64,000 nucleotides of DNA, taken from contig JASCQW010000119.1 in NCBI GenBank assembly GCA_030264375.1, forward strand, positions 56,312,408-56,376,407, read 5' to 3'. Within the stretch, counting starts at the first letter, position 1. Each line of letters starts with the position of its first letter. Shown here one piece after another: positions 11,071-24,110 of the stretch. Origin of the DNA: Carcharhinus longimanus. Its lineage: Eukaryota. The position numbers and the translations under genes were made by a program. The notes beneath the pieces were generated by a model. That model was not told where the DNA came from. It saw only the letters and a program-made list of their open reading frames with translations, and searched no databases.

Positions 11071-12088
11071 TAACTGAGAGAAACACACGACGTCTCAGAC
11101 ACAGGCGCAACCTGACATCAGCAAGGAAACCCTTCCCATTTCCACAACCGTGTAGATCTTAAAAACGGAGAAAAGTCATTTCAGGTTTGTGCAATTACCA
11201 AAGTCAGTTCGGCATACTGATTTTGTTGTTGTTAATTCCAGCTGTTAAAAATTATAGAATCCAACTAATGTAAAAGTACACACATTTTTGAGAAAACGAT
11301 CATTTTAATAAGCACTTTTTTGTCTAGACTGCCCATCAACTTGAGATTGTTGCGCTTAGAGGGAATGATTGACCTTTGCAGGCGGCGTTCTGTAACTACC
11401 TTGAAATTCATTTCAAGTCTTTGGTGTCTTGATATATTGCAAACAAATTATTATAAAGTATTTACTAAAATAATAAACCCAATGGTATAAATCACAGCTC
11501 TGCTGAGATTCCAATACGTCTTTTCATGTGTGTGGGTGGGGGGGGGGTGGTATAAGGATTGTGTTTTTTTTTGGTAAATCACAGCTCAACTCTGCTGGTG
11601 AAATGACTCTTTTGAAGGTGAGTTCAGCGAGCCTCTTTTCCTCAACGCTATAGATAAAGTGGATGCTGGCAACTCGCCTTCCCAGGCAGTTAAACATTCA
11701 CTGTGTCTTCTCACTTACAGTTTTATGATTCGCTCACTCTGTGCACATTGCGCCACGAGTTATTGGCACTTGGGCTTTTTAGAATCATTTTCAAACAAAA
11801 AAAAAGATAGATGGGGGGGGGAAGCCTACCTGAAATATTCATTTCAAAACCCTCGTCCGCACAATAAAATGAAGTCTTGTTCCACCTAAACCGTGAAAAA
11901 TTAAGGCCGAGGGGAGAGAAAAGCAAAATCACAATTGGTGTGGGCACAGTAGCAGACTGATTCAGTAAATAAAGGTAAGCTTTCTGCCATTCAGCTCTGG
12001 GCACTTGCCTTTGTCTAAGGGTTACAGATAATATCTAATTGAGCTAGATTCAAAGTCTGGCCGGGGGATTGATCAAGAGGGAAGAGAT

Positions 12089-12152
12089 TGGGGTGGGGGT
12101 GGGGTGCTGCTGTAGTTGGGGAGGGAGGTGGGGGGGGGGTGGGGAGGTGGAG
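12089..12152 (+). promoter_or_regulatory. Potential G-quadruplex-forming tract
   Basis: Seven or more G3+ runs: ggggtgggggtggggtgctgctgtagttggggagggaggtgggggggggtggggagg. Confidence 0.6.
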
Positions 12153-12356
12153 GATTCGCCGTGGAATTTCTCAATGTCTTCTGCTCGGAGTCATATCTGG
12201 CTTTTCTTCAAGTCAGCTTGCATCCACTGGGTCTAGGGAGAGTTGTGCAAGTCTCATTTGGGACACTGCTTTGCAGTGACTGCATGTAACATCTAACAGC
12301 CGGAGCAGTCAGTCAGTGTGCGTACACTGCTCTGCCAGAGAAGCCCCGTGTGTTTT

Positions 12357-12675
12357 TATAAAAAAAATGCACTTCATATAGCCTGAAGCACAAGTGAGAT
12401 GTCATGGAAATATAGACCTTCATCTTCATTTGAGAACAGCTCGGTAGAAGTAGATTTGCCAAGCGCAGTGGAAGTCAGGAGAGAAGCCCAGAAGAGTCCT
12501 TCAACACGAGAATCGGTGCTGGAACCGTGAGTGTGCTCCTGCTGCTGTTTAATTTTGTGTGGAACAGCAAAGCCACTCTCCAGACTGTCGACAGTTCTGC
12601 AGAATACCAACAGCTGCAGAGTTAGTCTTTCTTCCTTGGAGACACACACAAACATCGGCCTGGGTAGCGGTAAGT
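12357..12675 (+). other. Candidate TATA box plus probably non-coding first exon ending at donor GCG|GTAAGT (exon end 12669)
   Basis: TATAAAA at 12357; consensus GTAAGT donor at 12670; inside the CpG-rich domain; no recognisable protein. Confidence 0.35.
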
Positions 12676-15600
12676 AAGTTGGCCGTTGCCTCTTGGTGCA
12701 TTGGGTCTTTTACACACAGGGCCATGTGTAAAATGTTGCTTTAACGCTAAAGGAAAAATAATCTTTTGCGAAATGCGTGCAACTCAGCGACTTTTGTTTG
12801 CCGATGTTCGTTGTATCTCCCCGGGCTCTGTTAAAAAGGGGGGAACAAAACTCACAAATATACTCGAGGACGGAACAATTGCTCTTGTGGCGTGTATCGC
12901 AGTCTGAAGTAGTCTTATTTGCAAGTTGGGGTTTGGTAAGAGTAATTACGATACCCCAGGACGCAGGCACCGACAAAGGCAGTCAGGTTTGGGATCTCGG
13001 CGATCAGAACGAGAAATCTACGTTTATTGAGACAATCGGTGTGAAAAAAAAGAACTGGCAGGGACAAATGAGCAATTAAACACGGCGAGAGAGAGCGTGT
13101 TGGAAAGAACAGGAGTAAAGATCATGCTAAGCAAATAAAAAGTTACAGATAATGCAATGTGATTCCGGATGCCAAGATGCTCGGATTTTTTTTAGTGGGG
13201 GGTGGGGGCTTACTTTTTTGGTTGTAGATTGTAGAGATGAAAAACAAATAGTTACAGCACAACAAAGGTGTGTCAGATAAGCGAGGAGTATTAACACGCA
13301 CAGTGGAAGGCTGTGAACCGCATAAGACTGTAGGCATTCTCAATCTGTAGGTTGCCTGTGAGGAAAATATAAATGTTGCGAATGTGCTTATGCTACACAC
13401 GAGGATACGAAGGATTTATCTGTGAATACTTGAATATACGAGGAAGCTACTGAGACAAGAGAAGTTTATGTGCTTTATGTAAGTCTAGAGGCTTTCTCAA
13501 TGTCCACACGCAGCAATACGTAGAACATATCAATTATATTCATCTAGATTTGCAGAAAATAGATAATAAACAATATTTTCTTAGAGATGTGTGTGTAGGG
13601 AACAATATGATTTTGTTGCTCTTAAAATGTTCTTCAAGCCTTTACATTTCTGCATTCTGAATTTATTCCAAAACATATTTCTTAGCTTATTTTGTCTTTT
13701 TTTTAAACTCCTGATGTTAAGTCTTGTGAACCATGAATAAGGTGTAAAAATTATGGTAATATTTTAAAAGGCCCCTCTTCATGTCAGCATTGATGATACA
13801 CTATGTTGCAATCTTCCAGAATTTTCAAAAGACTCTCATTTACATGATTAAGGTTTTTGGGGAGAAGTTTTTTTTTACCATGATATGAAATGCAGCAAAA
13901 AATACAAGTCTGTAGTCCAAAATTGAGTGTATCCAAATATCCTTATTATTGAAGCAATTGCTATTAATGCAATCTTCAATCTAAATCAATTTATAATTTT
14001 AAAATAGCAATATATAGCATTTGAAGCTGCGTAGGTATAATAGATCTTAACATATCTTCAAACTGTTTTATGCATTTTTAGTTTTTTGAATTTGGATCAG
14101 AAAGATTTTTGCTGGACATCATAAACATTAAACAGACGTCAGCTATCAAGCTGTTTAAAATTTAATTAGCATCGACCGTGGAAAAAAAACTGGAATGAGG
14201 AGTTAAGAACATCATGATGCAGACATTTGTTTGATACGGAAGAGACGAGCTACCCTGAGAAATTGAACCTGAAGCAATTCCATTTAAATCTTATATTTTA
14301 GACAATCTGGGGGGGGTTCTTTGCAAAAATGACTGACATGTGCACCATTGAAATATACCCTTTTGGTGCCAGGAACCTGTGTTAATGACTGGCCTGCATT
14401 ACACTTTGGGCTGATGAAAATGTTTATTCTGACTGCCCAGAAACTCAAAGCATTCTGGAATAAAATCCAAGCTCAATTTATGAATAGATGGTAACCAAAA
14501 AATATGTGAATCATTTACTGAACAGTTATATATCTGCACACATATATTTGTATTAGAATAGAACACTTGAAATGCAACATGTTAGAAGTAAAGTGTGGAT
14601 ATTTAATATCTTCTATTTTGTCATGAACATATTGAAAAGACAAGGAAATAATCGGACCATTCATTGAAAGTGCAGAGGCTTTAAAAAAATCCAAAAAATA
14701 AAATCTGAATGCCATTAAATTTACATTCAGCCCGGTCCTTAAACAAGAGGGACAGTTTGGCAAAGAGGTATTGTTGAAACTAATGGGTAGTCATAAGCGG
14801 GTTGTTACATAACATTTAAGGAGTGCATTTAAACCAACTATAGTTCGCTTATCATGTATATGTAAGATTTTTTACACTGTAATTTGAAGCATGAAATTTG
14901 TAAGGTCTTAAAGCATGGCTGTAAAAATGAACCATGGTAGGAATTAAAACAACAAATAGAATTTGTACAACTTAGTCGCAAATGCTATGGAAAAGCTGTT
15001 TCCAAGAGTATTTGCCATATATTTAAATAATAGGTGTTAGGTAGTCACGGAGTTTGGTGTGGAGTCAAGTGTGGAACTGCAGATTTTTTTAAACAAAAAA
15101 GAAGAAATTATTTAAGCTGTGGCGGAAGATGGTTGTTAAGAAGCAGCACTTCTATAAGAAAGGCTTTAAATGTTCAGCAAACACATAGCTGCTGACAGAG
15201 GAGGAAACTCTGAGAAACTAGGGCTCAGCTTCTGGGCTTTTAGTTTGTTTGCTACACTCCTTAGCTGAAAGATTCAGTCAGAGGACAATGAAAATACAGA
15301 TAATTCAGCAAGACAAAGGGGCTCCTCTTTCCTTCCTGACTGATCATGCTGCTCCTAATGGATTTTCACCAACACCCTGTTCTAATCAGGTGAATGGAGA
15401 TAAACTAGATTTAGGCGACAAATAATTATAATGGTGTCTTAATGACAGCGAAAAGGTTCAAATACGCTGAGCTTAAATTCCCTAGGTTAGCTGCCGTACT
15501 CTTGTTTCAGGGCTCTGCTGAAACGGTGATGACTGGCTGCTTGATTAGGCCATTGACTCAAAATGTGGAAATTTTTTTAAAAAGTACAGAACATTTCACC

Positions 15601-16942
15601 CCACTTTGCATTTGAGCATTCTTTTTTAAAAGTCAATCTCACACGAATAACAACAAAATCAGCACTTATAATGATAACAGCTAAAAAGAACAAAATAATG
15701 GAATCACAAAAGAGATAAATAAAATATGAGATTTTTAATAACTTTGATATATACACCATCCACATAAATTCATTAATAGTTCTAAGGCATGCAAATAAAG
15801 TTAATAATTAATAAACAGAAATTATACTGTGTTACATAGGGCAAACTCACTTTTATGTTTAGATTATCCATCTATGGAATGGATAAACACTTTATTTATG
15901 AACAATAGTCAAGAATTTTATTATCTTCGTTTCTTCATCCTCTTGACATTTATTACTCTTTGTGTTTTGAAATTTGCATAAGGGTAAATTAGAGATTCTT
16001 TTAAAAATGCAGCCTGTAATAGACCCACACTTAAGAATTTTAAATCTGTTCACCGAGTCTTAGCTCCATGGGTATAATGGTATATTTTTTAAACTGTTTA
16101 ATGCAGTATTGCACATTTTATGATGATTCTGTAGGTCTTGGTATTGAAGGCACTGTTACAATTTCAGCATTTGCCTTTTGCAGTAAATGCAGCTTAGAAT
16201 GATGTTGCACCTTAAGCCCGTTTGCAATCTAATTTTTTATTAAATAAAAATCTTGTACAATTATTTCCACCTGACTTAAACAATTACAGTAGAGGAGAAC
16301 AGCAATACAGGTATGCAGCACACATTTTCAGAATTACATGCATAAGCAAATTCGAGTACAACTGTTCTATATATGAATATACTGACTTAGGCAGCAAATA
16401 TATTTTAATACTATACACACTCATGACTTCAGTGCCATCTTCAGACTTCTGCCCATGGACCAGCATTCATGTGCTGTTGTGATATGTTTGTAGATTCTTC
16501 ATTGATATTTTATTGTTATTTTTGCAAAATATTATGCAGGTAGTTTTGCGTAACATATGGGAAAATCTGCTCATTGTTGAAATTAGATAGAAAATTGATC
16601 TTTGTGTTTTGACTTTCTTGTCAAAATTATGGACAGGAAGAATTTTGCAACATTTTATATTTTCTGGTAAGAGTTGCGATGGAGACAGAACATTTTATGT
16701 TGAGTGTAATGTTCCAATGGACCTGTCCCTTTGGTATTAGTCAGGAGTGTTATGATAATTTATGAATAGGGGCTACATTTGGATACGATTTTGCTTCCCA
16801 TTTATAAACTGGACCAAATCATACATGGACAATGAAGTTTTAAGCGCTTAATGATGTCAAAGCAAGTTGGGAGATCAGTTTTGTATTTAAGAGGTCTCAT
16901 ATATCTTTAATTATACATGAGCAGAAATAATTAAGTAGCAGT

Positions 16943-17720
16943 ACAACAACAAGTTGGTTTTATATCGCACCTTTAACATAATGGAATGTCCCAAGATGCT
17001 CCACAGAAGCATTATAGATCATAATAGGACACAAGCCATGTGAGGAGATATAAGGGTGGACGAAGAGGTGGGTTTGGATGAGTGTCTTTGAAGGAGGAAA
17101 GGGGCAGAAAGGGTGGTGGGCGGAAGAACCTTATGCAGCTGAAGGTATGGCCATCAATGGTGGAGCGATAGAAATTGAGGTTGCTTAGGAGGCCAGAGTT
17201 AGAGCAGTGCAGATATCTTGGCGGGCGTGAGGGGATTACAAGACCAGTGGAGGCCAGATCATGGAGAGATTTGAAATCAAGGGTGAGAATTTAAGATCAA
17301 GCCACTGCTTAACTCGGAGCCAAAATAAGTTATCAAGCACAGGAATGGTGGGTGAATGGAACTTGGGGAGAGGTAGGACATAGGTATAGAATTTTGGATT
17401 ACCTTAAGTTTACAGAGGGTAGAATGTTACAGAGGTGGTCTTAGAGATGGTGTTGATATATGGTTGAAAGTTGGTCAAACCTGACATTGAGGTTCAGCCT
17501 GAGACAGTTGCATTGAAAGGGGATGGAGTTGGGGTCGAGCAAACAAGAGTTTGATAGCCAAGACCAAGAATGATAGCTTCACTCTTCCCCGTGTTTAATT
17601 GGCCAAGATTTCTGTTCATCCAGAACTTGAATGTTCGACAAACAGTCTAATTATTTAGAGACAGTGGAGAGGTCAATAGAGACAGTAGTGACAAAACGCT
17701 GAGTGGCATCATTGTACCAG
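16943..17720 (-). mobile_element. L2 LINE 3' portion (decayed RT to 3' tail)
   Basis: Tail aaaggtgcgatataaaaccaacttgttgttgt on -; YNDATQ (YADDTQ-like) near 17715 on -; typical L2 purine-rich antisense. Confidence 0.75.
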
Positions 17721-18959
17721 GGTCAGTATCATGCAGAAAAAATTGCAAAATGCTACTAAAATTGAAGGCAGACGTACTATGAAGCAAGTAATGTTGGAAT
17801 TTTTGAAGGAGATCACAATCATAGAATATGTTGCATTATTGTATACTACCCATAAACTTAAGTTAAAGGTCCGATAGGGCATAGTGAAGAGATTTGGACA
17901 ATAGGGAGTTGAATAACTGGATCAGGTGACATTGTACTTGATTTGCAAAGCTCCTGCATATATTATTACTGTACAATAATCAAAGTGAGGAACCATCCAG
18001 CTCAAAACTTTGCATGGCTCCTTGTTGGCACATTAACTAATTATTGCATGGTTGCTAAGGGAATGCTTTGTGGTTTTTCATGGATTTCTGTAGCATGCAA
18101 ATGTTTTTTAATTTTAAAATGCATAGACTGAGATATTTAGCAGTAGTCCTGGGTGAATCACTAATAATGAATATTATTGCATTGGCTGTATTCTGTACCA
18201 TGTATAACATACTTCAAATGATTACACAGACAGCTCTTTCTTGACTGCTTTAAACATTTAAATTTTAATCACGGACACCTCAGTTGTTATATGCATACTC
18301 CCATGTATATAAAGTTGTTTCCTGGGCAGAAGCTCATCTAGGTTGTATAAACAAGGCGCTGCTTGGCTGGAACTGATACTGCAATGACTAGTCTGAATCA
18401 GGAAGTTGCTATGTAAATGCAGCATTATAATCGTACTACACAGAAATGCATGGACAACTGCACCATACATAAATACATTGAACTTGAAACTGTATATAAA
18501 TATATTTAATATACAAAGTAAATGTTTGAACTTCCATACTGAACATAAATACATTGGCATGCATACAACAGTAATATTGAACACAATTATATCAATAGTT
18601 ACTTTCGCAGTTACAATAACAAGAAACTGATGGTTATACTGGGTTATACTATTCATAAATAGAATGCACATGAAAAGCTTCCAACTGCACAGAAAATAGA
18701 CTCACAGTGTGTGCAAACATTCTGACAAAAGTACGCTGTTGGTTACACTATAAAAATATACTGGTATTACAATATATGTAAGTACAACAAAATTGCACTT
18801 AATAGATACATTGACAGTTATATTGTCATCATCATGAAATACAGCGGCAGTTATATTTTACATAGATATATCAAAATAGATAGTTACTATACTGTAAGCC
18901 AATTCACTCATCTAGGTCTAACTCCTGTGGTGGAGCAGAAGTGAGGAGTGTTTCCAACT

Positions 18960-19722
18960 GTAGAGGATGACAGGAAACCACGCCATGACTTCCGTCCCCG
19001 GCATAATTAATTATGCATTTAGACATTGTGCGCCATCTTCTGTGCAGGGCATGCTTCACGACGCACAACCCACAGTCATAGATAGGAGTGATATTTAAAA
19101 GCTGCCTGATGTTCCTGACTCATCGTTGAAGAAAGAAGATGGGCCCCCAGGAACACTGAGGATGGATCTCCAGAAACATTATGAAGGTGGAAGATGAATC
19201 TCCAGGAACACTGCGCAAATGGAAGATGGACCTCCAGGAATGTTGGGAAGATGGAAGATGGGCCTCTTGGATAGTACTGAAGCTGGAAGGTCCACCTGAT
19301 GGATGCACCACCAGTCTGTACTGCAGTGATGTTCCAGGGTAAGCAGTAGCTCCATCCTGAACTCCGAAGACATCACCAGGTCTTGTTCGGATAGGTCCTT
19401 TCGCATGTCACATTGGTCCAGATGCATTCTGGACCAACCTGTTTTCCCACTGGCATCACGGGAATTTGGACCTGGAGGTAAGATTCTGGTCAAACCTTCA
19501 TCTGCATCCCATTAGCAGGATGCAGATCAGTTTTACAGTGGCCCTCCAGTGGGATTCCTGATCCTGTATGGCGGGCACATTTGGAAGATGCACATTCAGA
19601 AGATCCCAATTTAAATTCACGCTTGTATGTAATCGAATTTTGGGCCTCTCACCAAGTTCTCTCAAAGCCCACCCCAGCCTGCCATTGATCCTGTCAGTGT
19701 GGGCCATGAGAGAATTATGCCT
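18960..19722. mobile_element. Putative non-autonomous DNA-transposon-like repeat with internal tandem array
   Basis: GC-richer block, perfect palindrome gcataattaattatgc, internal ggaagatgg-cctccagga repeats, ends gagagaattatgcc. Confidence 0.3.
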
Positions 19723-19728
19723 ATTAGT

Positions 19729-19840
19729 ATCATAGAATCATCAGAGCACAGAAGAAGGTTATTTGGCCCATCTCTGTAGAACAATCCAATCAGTCCCATT
19801 CCCCCATTCACACAAGTGCTCATCTAATTTACTTTTAAAG
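19729..19840 (-). mobile_element. CR1 3' end fragment
   Basis: atcatagaatcat...acagaagaaggttatttggccca. Confidence 0.6.
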
Positions 19841-20032
19841 TGTAAATTAATAAAGAATAAACACAAATGTTCTGACATTTACACTGAATATAAAGATATT
19901 GACTAATGCAATATGATTATTCTACATAAACGTAGAGGCAAGCATACACTTACAGTTATACATGATTGCATAGAAGTAAACATGCTGATAGTTCTAAATA
20001 AAGTCCAAAAATGTTACACATACTCAGCTGAT

Positions 20033-20284
20033 CAGCACAGTGGCACAACTGCTCCACAGTGCCAGGGATCTGGGTTCAATTCTTGGCTTGGGTCATTGCC
20101 TGTCTGGAGTTTGCACGTTCTCCCCATGTCTGTGTGGGCTTGCTCTGGTTTCCTCCCACAGTCTGAAAAACATGCTGGTTCGGTGCACTGACCTGAAGAA
20201 GTGCCAGAGTGTGATGACTAGGGGAATTTCACAGTAACTTCATTGCAACATTCACATAAGTCTTGTGACTAATAAACAAACTTT
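20033..20284 (+). mobile_element. HE1 V-SINE, tail B
   Basis: V-domain plus cacagtaacttcattgca...ttgtgactaataaacaaacttt. Confidence 0.88.
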
Positions 20285-20287
20285 TAA

Positions 20288-20415
20288 GGTCAGGCAGCAT
20301 TACTGGAGGGTAATTGACCTGATTTTTTCCTCCATAGACGCTTCCTGGCCTGTTGAAACATTTCTGGTAATTTTTTGCTTTTACCTCAAATTTCCAGCAA
20401 AATTTTGCTTTTGTG
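20288..20415. mobile_element. Penelope-like terminal-repeat fragment
   Basis: aggtcaggcagcat...ccatagacgcttcctggcctgttga...atttctgg, related to 24853-25100. Confidence 0.5.
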
Positions 20416-20754
20416 TGCTGATGGATATGCTTTGCATTTGGTAAGTTAAAATAAATCAATATATGTTTTGAATAAGCAGGGTGTTTCTCAGAATTTTAAA
20501 TTTGGTGTGCTGCTGTCGATGAGTGAGATTTGACATTGACATCAGTAGGCAGTATCACAACATTGCTTTTATCAAGTGCTAAAAACTTTCTGCTGACAGA
20601 CATCAGGAGCACAAGGTGCTGGCTGTTTTACAGATGCTGGATTATACTGTCAGTGGCTTGCACAAATCTTTACTCCAGGAGGTGATTGAACTTGTTAAAT
20701 TCCACCTCAGAAATATTGTCACTTTAATTTACAAGAGTATATGTTATCTACGTT

Positions 20755-21052
20755 AAAGTTTTTTTATTAGTGTCACAAGTAGGCTTGCATTAACACTGCA
20801 ATGAGTTACTGTGAAAATCCCCTAATTACTGCACTCTGACGCCTGTTTGGGTACACTGAGGGAGAATTTAGTACGGCCAGTGCACCTACCCAGCACGTCT
20901 TTTGGACAGTGGGAGGAAACTGGAGGATCCGGAGGAAACCCATGCAGACATGGGAAGGATGTACAGACTCCACACAGACAGTGACTTGAGCTGGGAATCA
21001 AATCTGTGTCCCTGGCACTGAGAGGCAGCAGTGTTAACCACTGTGTCACCGT
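20755..21052 (-). mobile_element. HE1 V-SINE, tail B
   Basis: Full head, V-domain and tail B on - strand. Confidence 0.92.
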
Positions 21053-22214
21053 GTGACACCATTACTACCTTTATAGTAGAGTCAAAACCACTTATCAAAT
21101 ATATAGAAATTAGTGATGGCCATTTAATACAGGCATAAGAGTAGTTGAAATGTGTCTATCAAGTATATAGCCCTGAGTAATTGGTACTTATCAAGTATAT
21201 GGGACAGGATAAATTTTATTGAATGTCAAGAACTAGGTGGACGGCATTTACCATGTGCAAAGAAGTCAATGATTCTCTCAGTAAATATATAGGAGTGGTT
21301 GATGGTTATTTGTTGAAGATCTAGGAGTGAGTCATGCTGACTGTGCATAGAAATGGGTGACAGCATTTCATGTTTATTAAGTGCATTAAAATGATTTATA
21401 GCAGGTGGAAAATTGGACCCAGTGTTAAGGACAGCCTCTTATTTCCTTTCACCAATTAAATCCTTGTTTCAAGATGTCATAGGGAGCCCCGTGTCTCTAT
21501 ATTGACAATATCTGCCGCAATGTGATTTCTGACCATCTGTTAGACTAACTCTGCTGCATAGAGATATCAATGCTTTGTGGCCGTGCCTGAAGCAATCCAA
21601 GAGCTAAAAATGTGAGTACAGAGTACCTTTTCAAAGGAATAAATGTGTATCTGGCAAAGAGAAAAGCCAACCATTCCCAACAGGCTCAGTAACTACAATA
21701 AGGGTCTACGTGTTGCTATGGTGCACAGAGTTTGAAGTCTTGAACAGTGATGTTAAATTGAATTATAACAAGGGAACCTTTTTCATTAAGGATTCAAAAA
21801 CCCACTCTCATCACAGCAGTGGACTAGTTTACTGATGCTACNNNNNNNNNNNNNNNNNNNNNNNNNNNNNNNNNNNNNNNNNNNNNNNNNNNNNNNNNNN
21901 NNNNNNNNNNNNNNNNNNNNNNNNNNNNNNNNNNNNNNNNNGCTACATTTACCATATGTACCAGTCAAGAAATCAGAATTAAAGCAACCATGTTGACGAA
22001 AATAGTTTTACTGTGATAATATTCAGAGTTAGCTGGAGTGAGGCTTTTTGCAACTGGCTCAGTTTGTTAGATCTTGTCCTGCAAAATTTACCCGGAAAAC
22101 CTGTTTGCACAGCAAATGACTGGAAGTGTGAGCTCATAATAGCGCAAGGTCAATGGAGCATCTGGGACATTGATGAACAGCGGGACCAATAGTTTATATC
22201 CTTAACTAAATTTT

Positions 22215-22520
22215 TAAGCTTATTTATTTGTAGCATAAGTAGGCTTACACTAACACTGCAATGAAGTTATTGTGAAAATCTCTTAGTCACCACATTTTGG
22301 TATCTGTTTGGGTACATTGAGGGAGAATTTAGCACGGCCATTGTACCTAACCTGCACGCTTTTCTGACTGTGGGAGAAAACTGGAGCATCCGGAGGAATC
22401 CCATGCAGTTGCAGGGAGAACGTGCAGACTCCGCACAGACAGTGATCCAAGCTGGGAATCAAACTCGGGTCCCTAGCGCTGTGAGGCAGCAGTGCTAACC
22501 TCTATGCCACCGTACCGCCC
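22215..22520 (-). mobile_element. HE1 V-SINE, tail B
   Basis: Full head, V-domain and tail B on - strand. Confidence 0.92.
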
Positions 22521-23217
22521 TAAAGGACATCTGAGGACAGAAATAGAGGAACAGTGGAAGTGGAAATAGGCTGAATTCAAATCAAATCAGTTAAACAAAG
22601 CCGTATAAAGAGGGAAAAAAAAGATTGGGCTTAGTGAGACGAGGGGGGAGAAAAGGAGACCAAGGAAAAGACAGGGAAACCTCAAGAAACAATTTATTAC
22701 CTGCAGAAATGAGACACCACAGCTTCTGTTGTCCCTTTTCTGGATCTCTGAGGTTGAGTGGCTTTGCGTGAACTGAAATCTCAACATGAAGCGAGTCTTT
22801 ACATCCTTAGGGCCTAAAATTCTATGGTGAATTTAATTCATTCCAACAGCAAAAATGTCTTGAACTTCATAGGTAGGTTGACGGAGATTTCAAATTTTGT
22901 AAGACTAACAGCAGAACAGTGTAAATCATCCAGCAACTCATGCTGTATCTCTTCCTTGGCACCAATCAGTGCATTTCCCTTACACACTAATAACAATGTA
23001 CACATTGATCTTCTTGATATTTTCCCTGTGAATGTGGGGCCATTGTATTTATTGAGAACATATTCACGTAATTATAATTGAATTTCACTAGGCCTGCAGC
23101 CAGCCTATTAACAGACCACCTGTGGTAAAGTTGTCAGGCTTGTCCTACGCTAGCAAGTGCAGGAACAGGAGGTGCTCTTCACTCTGATGTCGGGACCTCG
23201 AAACCGGTGGGAAATTT

Positions 23218-23508
23218 GCATGGTGGCACTGTGGTTAACACTGCTGCCTCACAGCCCCAGGGACCTGGGTTCGATTCCTGGCTTGGGTCACTGTCTGCGT
23301 GGAATTTGCTTGTTCTCCCCGTGTCTGTGTGGGTTTCCTCCGGGTGCTCAGGTTGCCTCCCACAGCCTGAAAGACATGCTGGTAAGGTGCGTTGGCCACA
23401 CTAAATTCTCCCTCAGTGTACTCAAACAGGTGCCGGAGTGTGTCACAGTAACTTCATTGCAGTGTCAATGTAAGCCCACTTGTGACACTAATAAATAAAT
23501 AAGCTTTA
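23218..23508 (+). mobile_element. HE1 V-SINE, tail B
   Basis: tggtggcactgtggttaacactgctgcctcacag...cacagtaacttcattgcagtgtcaatgtaagcccacttgtgacactaataaataaa. Confidence 0.92.
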
Positions 23509-23599
23509 AAAATTTCAACCGAGTATTTTAGGATTGCACATTTTCATCAGAACTGATAGATGTCAGAACAACTATTAAGCAAATAGAAAGCCCAGGAGT

Positions 23600-24110
23600 T
23601 GTCTAATTGAAATCTTTGAGGAAATAGCGGGTTGTATTAGGAAACAATTGTAGTGGATGTAGTATAAATAGGTTTAGAAAAGGTATTTAATAAGGTGTAT
23701 TAAGATGTGACTAAGGCACAAGGTATTAAAAGATTGAGAAAAAAAGTAAAAAAAGTGCTGAATAAACTCAGCAAGTCAAGCAGCATTTGGCAAGTGAGAA
23801 TCAAGAGTTATGTTTCAGGTCATTGACCTTTGATAAGAATCTGGATGAAGGACAGAAAATACAGAGTATCGGTTAATGGAGGAGTGGTTAATGGGGGTGT
23901 GCAGCTTTCCATCCTTCAAAATGCCCATCAACTGGTACTCATCTGGATTTGGGTAGAGGGACACAACAACAAAATTTGCAGAAGCAAAAAAAGAACGCAA
24001 ATGCCTTAAGGAGGACATAAATAAGATAAATTGGGAAGATAAACGGCAGATAAAATTTAAAGAGGAGAAATAGGAAAATGGTACTTTTCAGGAGCAAAAG
24101 AAAACATCCA
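23600..24110 (+). pseudogene. Old, heavily decayed CR1 RT fragment with a Penelope-like insert at ~23745-23845
   Basis: gtggatgtagtata...aaaaggtatttaataaggtg (VDVVY..KAFDKV-like), aaatttgcaga (KFAD), cagataaaatttaa. Confidence 0.55.

Larger units (their letters stand above)
5000..13450. promoter_or_regulatory. Broad CpG-retaining (putatively hypomethylated) promoter domain
   Basis: Visibly more CpG than the flanks; TE copies inside retain or gain CpG; contains TATA-like, G4 and splice-donor signals. Judged by eye, not computed. Confidence 0.55.

Noticed and set aside
12399-12669. ATG frame open to the splice donor except for one in-frame TGA (12528) followed by VCSCCC; possible selenocysteine or readthrough
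   Set aside because: No homology to any selenoprotein I recognise and no SECIS visible; a uORF or chance in 5' UTR sequence is more likely.
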